From Andalucia godoyi And28 (taxonomy: Eukaryota > Protista > Jakobida), in NCBI GenBank assembly GCA_009859145.1, contig VRVR01000011.1, positions 206,026 to 270,025 of the forward strand: a stretch of DNA of 64,000 nt, written 5' to 3'. The translations under genes were made by a program, and so were the position numbers. Of the stretch, positions 10,522 to 20,526 are shown piece by piece. The notes below the pieces were generated by a model, which worked only from the letters and a program-made list of their open reading frames with translations, was not told where the DNA came from and ran no database searches. Within the stretch, counting starts at the first letter, position 1, and the number at the start of each line of letters is the position of its first letter.

Positions 10522-12040
10522 ATGGATGCTCAGACTGTCTTAAATACATTTAATAATTCTGCTGTTTCTGGAGGCGGTGGAGTGATGTTTGTGGCGTCGG
10601 CGTTTCCCGGTGATCCAAATAGTTACGTGGCTGGGATGCTGAAGCAGTTCGCACTTGACTTGTATTTTCAAACTGCGACGCTCGTCGCACAAGGAAATGC
10701 AGCGCTTTATGGGGCCATCCGTTGCAACAAGTGCATACATTGCGCAACTCAGTCCGAGTGATCTGGATGTCATGTTTGCAAACCAAAGTGCCTCTCTCCG
10801 GAAGTTTCCAGGGGGGCGATTTTCTTTGAGAGCTTTCATGTATGACCGGTTTTTCCCAGCAAACTCATGGTGTCGGAGAAGACGAGAACGTTTTGTACTT
10901 GTATTCGTCCGACAGTGGTTTCCAAGCAGAGGCAGAGCCAGTGGCGTTTGCGTCTTGTTCTGACGGCACCTACTAGCTTGTCCCCGGCAGTTTCTCGTGT
11001 AGTTCTTGTACTCGCTTGGAACAAGCAAACCACGGATCCTGCGTTCTGGATGGATCCGCAAGCCTTGCGCTTCCAGGGTATTTCGTCTTCCCAACAACTT
11101 CGGGTACCGCATCTCCCCAAGTGTGTCCCGTTGCTGTAGCATGCAAAGGATTCGGTCCTGCACGAGGTTCCTTGGAGATCAGCAACTCCGTTGTTGCATA
11201 CTGAAATGCAAACTAGCAAGAATTCGTCTCTCCAGAGCAAAGAAATCTGGAATCTTTGTCGAGCAGGACAGACGGGGGTTCCTGTGCGGCGAATGCGAGG
11301 AAGGGTGGTCGCACCGGGGAGGCAGGTGCGTCGACTGCACGAGTCCACAGAAGGGTCTTATCGCTGCCTACGTATTCATCGGCATTTCTCGTCCTGCGGT
11401 ACTATAGCCTACACAGCAAATTACAACATCCTCGCCTACGTATCTTGTTCTGCGTTCGTGCATTCCTTCGGACGACTGTGCTGTTGTTGACGACGTCTTA
11501 TGCTGCCCTGACAGACACCCGCATTCTCATTCCTGGACTGTCAGAAGTATCCTTTGGTTGAAAACAATACCCTTTTTTCGACGCTTAGTATTCCTGGCTC
11601 TTCCCATTTTGTTGTTTTCGGTCGTGTCCAATCAAATCACTGTTGTTGCGCTCTCGTATTCTTCCGTTTCGCTGGTCTTCTTGAGCTGGGCATATCATGC
11701 TTCGTCCTTTTTCTCAGCCATTCGACAATCATCTCGAACATTTCCCCTTGTTTTCTTTACTCATTCTCTGTTTCCTTCATGCTCTCGACTCTTTGTCTGT
11801 GTATGGAAATACGAAGTCCATTGACAACGAATCTCGTCCATTTCGATTGATTTTCTTGATTTGTTTTCGCCATATTCGTCGCATATTTGCTGTTTTCGAG
11901 CATCTTAAAAGAGATACAGCGACTGAGAACACAGCGCCGAGTTCGCCTCAGTCGCCGAGAATTTTCCACGACACAGTTGTCCGATCTGAAGGAAGTCGTG
12001 CGCGAGGAGGATTTCCAAGATGCTGTCATTTGCACTGAGC
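10522..12040 (+). pseudogene. Frameshifted/stop-containing gene for a Cys-rich, multi-pass membrane (surface) protein
   Basis: Fragments chain across frames: NNSAVSGGGG..GNAALYG(+1)PSVATS, SCSSC, VCPVAVAC, GFLCGECEEGWSHRGGRCVDC, then several hydrophobic TM-like segments. There are multiple frameshifts and in-frame stops. Confidence 0.65.
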
Positions 12041-12380
12041 TCGACGATCCGACAGAGAACCCGAGTCGAACTCGATGGAACAGGCACACCGACCTTTGCA
12101 TCAGTCCGTTTGCAACAGTATCTGCTGCAGTCGAGCGACTAATGCATGTGCGTGTGTTTGTGTTGCTGTTGCTACTGTGGTGGTGGTGGTGGGTGGAGGG
12201 GTCTGGTTAACGAACATGTGGATGGCGCATGCACAGGAAGAGTTTTATTAGTCAACGAGAACATTTGCGCTTGAACATCACCAACATCAGATTGAGCGAC
12301 GCAGTCGATGCAGACATAGAATACTCAATTAAAATACAATGAAAGGGGAAGGAGGAGGATGGCTGGCAGGAAATACACAC

Positions 12381-14159
12381 TTACAGCGGTGCAGCGTTCT
12401 CATCATGATGACAGGACGCGGCATCCTCCTTCTTGACGACGCCGAAGCATAGTGCCTCCGGGTTGAGGAATCGATTTGCAACGAGCACCTCATCGGTTTC
12501 CAACATGCCACCAACCTCAAAGTCTGCATCTGGGATCACTGGACGAGCCTTCCGAGCAGACCGCTTTACCGGGGTTGCAATGTGCGTGGACGAAAGCCCG
12601 AGACGCTGGCGCTTCGAATCTGAGATTTCCGAATGCTCGTACCCGACAACCCAAGTATCCACTTGTTGGGCTGTTTTTTGTGTGTAAAGAACATCTCGCC
12701 GTGAAACGAACGAATGCGTCGACGTTGATGAATGAATGGAGGAAGTCGGAGATCCTGGACACTGCATCCCGATTTCTTCGTCATGCACGTTCCCAGAAAA
12801 CCCTGCGGCCACAGTGTCAGAAGGCTGGTCCTGAGAGTCGACTTCTTCTTCCATAGTTGCTTGTGCATGCTCCAGTGCAGGATCGGGATGAAAGGTCGCA
12901 GACTCCTCTGCCGCTGCCTCCTCCTCCAGATTCAGTTTTGCAACCATCAATGAAGGGGAGAAGATTTTTGGAGCAATGGCCGGTCCGGCGTTCTTGAGGA
13001 GCGACTTCGGTGTGTACTTGATATGGCGGAACGGGGAGCGCATCGCAGCCTCTGCCGCTACAACCGAAGGGGTGTTTGGAGGAGCTCGAACGCTCGACCT
13101 GCTCTGCATCGGCGACAAGATCCCATCGGCAATAACGACCGTCTCTCCGTTTCTCACAAGCTGCACATTGATCTGACGAGGTGATTCGGTCGTCTTTTCT
13201 TTCGCTGGTGCTTCGTCCTCAACATGCACTTCAGATCCCTGCGACACTGTTACCACATCCGTCCATTCTGCAGCTTCCAAGCTCCCTTGTTTTTCAGTAA
13301 CCATTTCCGTGGCGATATCGTGGACCACTGCGGGCGGCTTCTGTTCCGGCGACAGCAACTCACTCTCGATTTTTTCCTGCCATCGTTTCCTGTCTTCCAT
13401 ATCCCGTGTCATGGCTTCCATGATGCGTCTGCACTCTTCGACCATTTTTTTTCGTTCTCCACGCGGCATCACAAGAATAGACTCATCGACTGCCTTCAGC
13501 AAAACCTCCACAGCTTGTGCATACTCGCCTGCCAGGACCTCTGCGTTGGCCCACGCCAACCAAAAGTCTGCATTCGAAAACACAAGATTCAGCTCATGCG
13601 GAGTGCTTGCAAGCTTAATCTCGGCCTCTCGAAGCATTTCACGGAACATTCCTCGCGCTGAAACCATGTCTTCTACCGTCGCTGTTTGCACACAGTGCGA
13701 AATCCTCGACCGAAAACACGCAATTTCGGTACGGACATCCGTTTCCATCTTGTCAATTCCATCCGCATTCTCCACTGCTCCGTCTACCATCGTCGCTGTC
13801 GTTCCTGACGAGGTTGCAGATTTGCTTTCCCGTGAAGTCGGCTTGGACAAACGGGTTGCGGAATTTGGCTGTTTCGCAAGATTTGCTGCAATCCGAGAAC
13901 GCAGTGCATCAAAATCCTGCTTTGTCGGCGAAGCAAAGATGGGGGATTTAAGAGCACCAAGTCCACTTTGAGAAGTGTTTCCACCATTCGAGGGTTTCAA
14001 CGGAGTACGCATCGCCATCATCGGAGGCTTGGATCCAGTTGCCGCCCCATGGAAAGCGGATTTCGGAGGCGAAAGCAGTCCAGAATTCTCGGAAATCATC
14101 GATCGGCGTTGCTGCCATTCACGCAAAAGCTGCTCACGAGAAGGAGTCTGCGGTTCCAT
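12381..14159 (-). CDS. Hypothetical protein with a TPR-like helical (CKAP2 C-terminal-like) segment and many TP/SP motifs
   Basis: 592 aa ORF. FWLAWANAEVLAGEYAQAVEVLLKAV and C-terminal TPVKRSAR resemble CKAP2-family features. Confidence 0.55.
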   Translation of the reverse strand: MEPQTPSREQLLREWQQRRSMISENSGLLSPPKSAFHGAATGSKPPMMAMRTPLKPSNGGNTSQSGLGALKSPIFASPTKQDFDALRSRIAANLAKQPNSATRLSKPTSRESKSATSSGTTATMVDGAVENADGIDKMETDVRTEIACFRSRISHCVQTATVEDMVSARGMFREMLREAEIKLASTPHELNLVFSNADFWLAWANAEVLAGEYAQAVEVLLKAVDESILVMPRGERKKMVEECRRIMEAMTRDMEDRKRWQEKIESELLSPEQKPPAVVHDIATEMVTEKQGSLEAAEWTDVVTVSQGSEVHVEDEAPAKEKTTESPRQINVQLVRNGETVVIADGILSPMQSRSSVRAPPNTPSVVAAEAAMRSPFRHIKYTPKSLLKNAGPAIAPKIFSPSLMVAKLNLEEEAAAEESATFHPDPALEHAQATMEEEVDSQDQPSDTVAAGFSGNVHDEEIGMQCPGSPTSSIHSSTSTHSFVSRRDVLYTQKTAQQVDTWVVGYEHSEISDSKRQRLGLSSTHIATPVKRSARKARPVIPDADFEVGGMLETDEVLVANRFLNPEALCFGVVKKEDAASCHHDENAAPL

Positions 14160-14587
14160 TGCAAGCTGTTGACGAGCTTCGCTTCTTTTTCCTGTCTCCT
14201 TGATTTAAATCAAAAACAACAGAAGTGAATATTTAAAACAAAGCGAATGAAACAGGAAGGATATTAAAAAAATGAAAAAGAAAATCTCTTTTTCCTCTTC
14301 CCTTCGTTTTTGCGGTGTGCATTTCCAGACGCTTTTTCCTTGGGAAACCTCGGCGACCTTAACGGTCCTCTTTTTTTCAATACTATTTTATTTAAAATAA
14401 TAAAACATGGAGTGATGCTTTTTACAGCAGATTGAACGCCGGATCTTTTTGAAGTTTCGCTGAACCGCACGTCTGCATTGCGATGTTTCTCATTTTCTGA
14501 GCGTTCCTATTCTCTCGGTGTACTCTTTATGTTTGTCCGACTCTCTGAAGAAGAAAGAAGAAGAGGGTGGAAAATAGCAGAAACGGC

Positions 14588-16783
14588 ATGTCTCATATTC
14601 CATCTGCGTACACTGCTTCATTGGCAAGAAACAAGCGTCCGGCCTCGGCCTCTGCTTCGGCCAGGTCCAGTGGCAGTGGCAGTGGCAGTGGCAGTGGCAG
14701 TGGATCGATTGCAAAGTCAGCGTCGATAGCCGGGAAAAAGCCGTCGCCGTTGCCTACTGCTTCGTCGAAACAGACCAAGAAGAAGAGGATTGCCAAAGAA
14801 GAAGATTACGATATTGATGCAACGGAAGGTTCTGAAGGCTATTCGATTGGTGGATATCATCCAGTGCTTCCGGGCGATGTCCTGACCAACCGGTTTTCAA
14901 AGATGCAAGTTGCTGGCCTTCAGCATCAGCTGCATAGAGCCAATGCAAGCTGCGCCATAAGCATTCCGGATGAAAAGACGCAGATTTGGGAATCAAGGTA
15001 TGTTGTGCAGTGTAAGATTGGCTGGGGTCACTTTTCCACTGTTTGGCTCTGCAAGCATTCTGTTCGCTGTGCTTCTCATCCACAGCTTGATTCGCTGCTT
15101 CACCGTATCACATCTGCTGCTATTGTTGCTTCTTCTTGTTCTTCTTTATCATCATCATCAGCAGCAGCAGCAGCAGCTACGAGCACTACCACCACCACGA
15201 CGACGTCTACGTTGGATGCTGGGCCGAACGAATCGTTGCGAGTGGTCAAGGTTGCAAAGGCTGGCAATTCGTTCCGACAAGCTGCTCTCGACGAGTCTGC
15301 GATCCTGGACTTGTTTTCCTCAGATGATGACGACGCTTCGAGTGACGACGGTGGCGATGACCAGACATTACCGGACTCCTCTTCTGCGGCTGCGAATACA
15401 AAGAAGAACAACGCCAGCACCAGCAAGAAGACGACGACGAAGCAAAACAAGTCGTGCAGCGCTTCTGGATCTGCGAATGGCGGTGAAGTGAGTGTGGAAA
15501 AGTACAGCAAACTCGAGCGCACCGTTGCGGATTCCATGGTTGGAAGACTTCTCGAGTCATTCGAGGTGAGTGGCCCGAATGGCACACACGTGTGCTTGGC
15601 ATTTCCGTTATACGGAGCGTCCATGTTGGACGTCATTCGCTGGTACAAGCACCAGGGCCTTCCCATCGATCTTGTCAAGATGATTGCACGTGCTGCGGTT
15701 GCGGCGATGTGGGCTGTGCATCGCCGCGGGATTGTGCATGCTGATGTCAAGCCAGAGAACATTCTTCTAGGAGACGGCACACTCGGCGGGGCTATCTCTG
15801 CGTTGAATATGGGATCACTTGAAAAGCCGCAAGAAAAAGACAAGAGCAAGAGTATCGAGTATAGTCGGAAGGAATCTTGGAAAGTTCCCGTGCATGGAGC
15901 CCCAAGTGAGCTGTCTTCGCTCCAGCTGCGAAGCCTGCGCAACGTTCTTGAATCGACGTATCTGAACGCAGATGGCTCGGAAAAGGCATCGTTTTTACCG
16001 ATTGCGTTGGTTGATTTTGGAAATGCTCTGCCCGAATCACTTGCGACTTCGGGAGAAGTGCAAACGCGTCAGTACCGTGCCCCCGAAGTTCTTCTCGGTC
16101 GCAAATGGAGTGCCGCAATTGACGTGTGGTCACTTGGCTGTGTCTTGTTTGAGCTGCTGACGGGCGATCAGCTGTTTGATCCTCGTGGAGATGACTCCGG
16201 AAACGCTGCCTTCACGAGAGAAGAGGACCACCTCGCGCTGATTGCAGAGTCGCTTTGCCCGAATGCACGGTATCCAACTCAGGCTATTGCAGGGGATCAC
16301 GCCGCAAAGTATCTCAACAAGAAGGGTGAGTTGAAGCGGATCAAGGATTTGGATTCGTGGGCTCTGGAAGACATCCTTAGCTCAAGATATCGATTTGAGG
16401 GGCGCGAAGCTGTGGACATTGCCGTCTGGCTCCGTCGCCTTCTCGACGTAGTTCCGGAGAACCGTGCGACTGCCGAAGAGCTGTGGGATGAAATCCTTGC
16501 GGGAAAAGGGTGGCTTGCAATCCAGGCGAAGAATGCAGGTCAAAAAGACGAACTGGACGATCTTAGCCGAGCAATGGCGCGATCCAGCGTCTCGGCTGAC
16601 GCTGCTGGCAACTGCAATGCCTCTGCCGTCTGCGTCGAATCCGAGTTCACCACGTCGGTGCTGGAGCAAGTCCGAGGCATCCGAACGGCGCTTCAGCAGA
16701 CCACGGACAGTTGGCTCTTGTTGGCTGAGGAAGCTGAAACACTCTTGTCAGCGATCGAGTCCGCGATTGCATCACGCTCCTAG
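14588..16783 (+). CDS. SRPK: SR-protein kinase (SRPK, CMGC group) with large insertions
   Basis: EGYSIGGYHPV, KIGWGHFSTVWL, AALDE, GPNGTHVCLAF, HADVKPENILL, DFGNA, QTRQYRAPEV, DVWSLGC, LFDP...EDHLALI. Confidence 0.93.
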   Translation: MSHIPSAYTASLARNKRPASASASARSSGSGSGSGSGSGSIAKSASIAGKKPSPLPTASSKQTKKKRIAKEEDYDIDATEGSEGYSIGGYHPVLPGDVLTNRFSKMQVAGLQHQLHRANASCAISIPDEKTQIWESRYVVQCKIGWGHFSTVWLCKHSVRCASHPQLDSLLHRITSAAIVASSCSSLSSSSAAAAAATSTTTTTTTSTLDAGPNESLRVVKVAKAGNSFRQAALDESAILDLFSSDDDDASSDDGGDDQTLPDSSSAAANTKKNNASTSKKTTTKQNKSCSASGSANGGEVSVEKYSKLERTVADSMVGRLLESFEVSGPNGTHVCLAFPLYGASMLDVIRWYKHQGLPIDLVKMIARAAVAAMWAVHRRGIVHADVKPENILLGDGTLGGAISALNMGSLEKPQEKDKSKSIEYSRKESWKVPVHGAPSELSSLQLRSLRNVLESTYLNADGSEKASFLPIALVDFGNALPESLATSGEVQTRQYRAPEVLLGRKWSAAIDVWSLGCVLFELLTGDQLFDPRGDDSGNAAFTREEDHLALIAESLCPNARYPTQAIAGDHAAKYLNKKGELKRIKDLDSWALEDILSSRYRFEGREAVDIAVWLRRLLDVVPENRATAEELWDEILAGKGWLAIQAKNAGQKDELDDLSRAMARSSVSADAAGNCNASAVCVESEFTTSVLEQVRGIRTALQQTTDSWLLLAEEAETLLSAIESAIASRS

Positions 16784-17126
16784 CTATCATGCGAATAAAC
16801 GACAAGCATCAATGATACCTATTTTCCAATGAAAAAGGGCGAGGCTTAAAACATTGTTTTATTATTGCGTGAAAACGCTTCCGTGATTGGATACACGATA
16901 CAGGGATTGGATTTGAATTTTTTTTTGCGAGGGAAGGAGAATGCTGGTTCGCGTTTTCTGTATTCTCCTTTCTTCTTCTCCTCTTGCTGCCTAGTTTTTT
17001 CTTCTTTTGTTCCTCTTTTTTCTTCTTCGTCGACGCCGGGCTGTCTTGATTATTTTTTTCTCTCACTGTTGAAGAACCATTCGATGTTTGAATTTTCCAT
17101 ATGTACAATTGTTGGAACACCGCAGC

Positions 17127-18050
17127 CTATCGAGGCGCTGATTGTGAGTGTGCAGCAACAAACCGCCGGAGCATAGCCTTGACCTCGTTCATTTCGACAA
17201 ACAATCGGAACCGCATTTCGGCGCGCACTCTTTCTGCGTCAAACGCAGAGAGCTCCGGCAGTTCCTCGTAGCACTTTGCCAAGAATGCTGCATACACGCC
17301 TTCGTTTCGTTCCCTGTTTCCTGAAGGTGATGTGGACCCGGACGGGGTTGCTTCATTGGAGAGCAGAAACTTTCTCGCGATTACCGACACTCTGGCATCC
17401 GTATCACTCGGAAGAAACGATGACACAAAGACTCGTTTAGTCGGAGCACCACCGCCTGGAGCTATTGTTGAGGATGGCAGAGGAGCTGCTGCGTTGGAGA
17501 ACGACCTCTTGCGATACGGTTCGTCCATCACGTGTCGGAACGTTCGTCTCTCAGCTGCTGCTGCCATGAAGCAAGATTTGTTGGCCGATGGAGCGCTTCC
17601 GACGACCAACTTGTCTGACCGAGACTCACGGTCCCCGCTATCTTCTGCGCAATCATCATCGCTGCTGTCATCCTGCATCTTCCTGCAGAGTCCATTTGAA
17701 CCAGACTGGAGAATAGAGCACGGTTCGTTCCATCCATTGGACAGTGATGAAAACGGAGAGCCCAGAGAAGACGCTGCCGAGGACGATGACGAATCGGAAA
17801 CCGCAGAGGATGACGATGCAGAGCGGATCGAAAATGGCCGTCCAATGTTCATCGGTCCAGAAGACCGCACAGTAGACTGAAACATTGCAGTCGTTGGCAC
17901 TGACGACTGAGACGAGGACACACCGCTCGAGAGACCGTGATGATGACCGGTTTCATTCATGGACTCGGAAAGGAACATCTCACCAGCCTCGTCCTCCGAA
18001 TGAACAGAAATTCGCCGTTGCGATTGCACATACGCAGGAACAGGAGGCAT
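17127..18050 (-). CDS. Hypothetical Ser-rich protein
   Basis: 307 aa ORF with coding-like composition and a helical C-terminus. No family recognised. Confidence 0.65.
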   Translation of the reverse strand: MPPVPAYVQSQRRISVHSEDEAGEMFLSESMNETGHHHGLSSGVSSSQSSVPTTAMFQSTVRSSGPMNIGRPFSIRSASSSSAVSDSSSSSAASSLGSPFSSLSNGWNEPCSILQSGSNGLCRKMQDDSSDDDCAEDSGDRESRSDKLVVGSAPSANKSCFMAAAAERRTFRHVMDEPYRKRSFSNAAAPLPSSTIAPGGGAPTKRVFVSSFLPSDTDARVSVIARKFLLSNEATPSGSTSPSGNRERNEGVYAAFLAKCYEELPELSAFDAERVRAEMRFRLFVEMNEVKAMLRRFVAAHSQSAPR

Positions 18051-20377
18051 AGTTGTAATTACAAACTGCTAGCTTGTGGTTTGTTAGTCCCTCTTGCTTA
18101 TGCCTTTCGCGATTCGTGGCTTCGTGGGTTAATTCCTATTGTAGTGAATTGTCAGATAGACCGCAGATTAGCTGAAACTCTCAAGCGAACCAACAACTCG
18201 GGAGAAATATGAGTATTAATTTTAGAAAAGACTAAAATGATGAAATAATGAATATAACAACAACAACAACAACAAATAATAATAATAATAATAATAATAA
18301 CAACAATAGCAAGATAAAAAATCGAGGTTGAATGAGACGAGGAAGAAGAAAAATGTAGCGAAAGGAAGATTGAAGAAACGCTAAAGGCGGAAAAAAAAGG
18401 CGGATATAATTGAAAAGCGAACTTGAATTGGAATTTGGAAAAGGAAGGAAAGCAAGGAAAAGGAGGAAAAGGAGGAAAAGAAAGAGGGGAAAAGGCAAAA
18501 GAGAAAGGAAAGCAGAAACAAAAGGGGAAGGAAAACGTAAGGAAAAGAGCGGCAAAAAACGCGAAGGACCCACTCTCGAGAAGGGTGTTTGATGGATGGG
18601 GGAATATTTCAAATACATCAGTCACAATGTGATGGATGCTCACGGGTGACAAGAGCGCAAGGATCTCTCTGTTCCCAACGGACAAAACGGCGGGAAGTGA
18701 CAGGCATACAGGCTGTCATGTCAGAGCACAATGCAGTGTCACCGTGACATGGTGGAGTGTCGGACTCCCGCGAAGGCAATTTCGGTGTTCATCCGGGTCT
18801 GCAATACAGCAGGCACAATCGAGCACACTGCGAGACTGGAACGCACTGGAAGCTCCTCTGCTCGCATCGAAGTTCCCCATCTTGAGAGGATACACGGGGT
18901 TTTTTGGCAAAGATGCGCTACTGGAGGGGCTTTCGTTCGCAAGAACAGAAAAGACGAGCGGTGCGCGTGACACGCAGTGGCACCAGGGTACGCCCCTCAC
19001 GGGAAACTACGAAAAAACACGACGCACGTCCGCACCATGGAATCTAAAAAATGAACGCTGTTTTGTAGGACATTCTTTTTCTGCTCTTCTTCAGACACTG
19101 AAGCACGCAGAAAAAGAAAAGTAAAGAAAAGAAAAGAAAAGAAAAGAAGACAAGTGCGGTTCAGCAGAACTGCGAATCCTCCCGTGGTGAAAGCTTCTGC
19201 TTACGCACCTCCATGTACGGCGCTGAAAAGCAAACAGCTCCAAAAGGCTGCAATGCGCCGGAGGAACAGGACGCATCTGCAACTAAGGTTTTGATGCCAA
19301 CGAGTCCAACGAAGAACGACAAGCAATGACGAAGAGTCCAGAACCTGGAAGAGCAGGCATTTTATAAAAGATAAAATAAAAAGAAACAAATGTCACGGTG
19401 AACAAACAAAACTGGGGAGAGGGCGTGTTCTTGTTTATTCCCAAGGAGCAACGCAAGCAGACAGCAGACGAAGGATGTTCATGTGACAGCGTTCACGCTC
19501 CGAGCGAGGCGGAGCTGACGAAGCCAAGGGGGACAGGGGGATTTTGAGTCGATATGAACCTGCTTATGGAACGATTTTTGTACTCGCGTCAAGAGACGGG
19601 CTCGGGAGTCGAACCCGCGTTGCTAGTGAATTCCATGAGGAGGGTCGTTTGGTCACATGCGCATGAGTTGGCGCTTCGACACTTTGCAATTAGGGATTTT
19701 CCTTTTTAAGCTGTTCGCAATGTTGTTCTATATTTTTTTGTTCTTGTTTTTTGTGTTCGATTCGGGGTCGGGAACTGCGAGGCAGGAAAAAAACAAGGCC
19801 TCGTGGGAAGTCGGAGACGGAGAGAAACGAAGGATGAGCACCAGGGAAAGATCTCGCATGGAACAGTCAACAACGGCTGCAACTAACGGAGTCAAACTCG
19901 ACGCCTTCGTCTTTTTCAGTTGTCGTGCATCCTCCTGGGGCACGAGCGTACTGCGTGTTGTGATGTGGATAAGACCGCGTATGGCACTTTAAATTTTTAA
20001 AAACAGAATATTTTTCGAATCGTCGGCGTCCCTTGTTCATCTGCCGTGTCACATGTGCATTGCAGCACATAAATGAAAATAATGCAGCATAAAAAAAGAA
20101 CAATGAAAAAGAAAACCCGCTAAGAGCTGGGAAGTGAATAGATAGTTGGATGCTGACGATGGCCAACGACGGCACGAAACCGTGCGTGTGGAATCTGTCG
20201 TACGGAATTCCCTTTCCCGCCATACCAGCAAAAGTCCGTTTCTTCTTCGTTTAAATCTTCATTATTTCCCTTTGATTTGCTTTTGTGTTTGTGGGTTTTT
20301 GTCTCTTTTGAGTGTGTCTTATTTCTTTAACCTTTGTTATTCTGCAAACCATTCTTTTGTGCGCGTGTGTCCGCGGA

Positions 20378-20385
20378 GGGAGAGG

Positions 20386-20474
<89 letters not shown>
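20378..20474. repeat. (AG)n microsatellite
   Basis: Long GA run just upstream of the 20527 ORF. Confidence 0.97.
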
Positions 20475-20476
<2 letters not shown>

Positions 20477-20526
20477 GATTCAGTCATATACACGTGCGTA
20501 CACAAAGACATTTCTAGAATTGGAAG

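Noticed and set aside
14665-14702. (GGCAGT)n tandem repeat as a regulatory array
   Set aside because: It lies in frame in SRPK and encodes a (Ser-Gly)n linker.
19590-19660. tRNA gene suggested by GGGTTCGACTCCC on the minus strand
   Set aside because: No acceptor stem, D arm or anticodon arm can be built around it.
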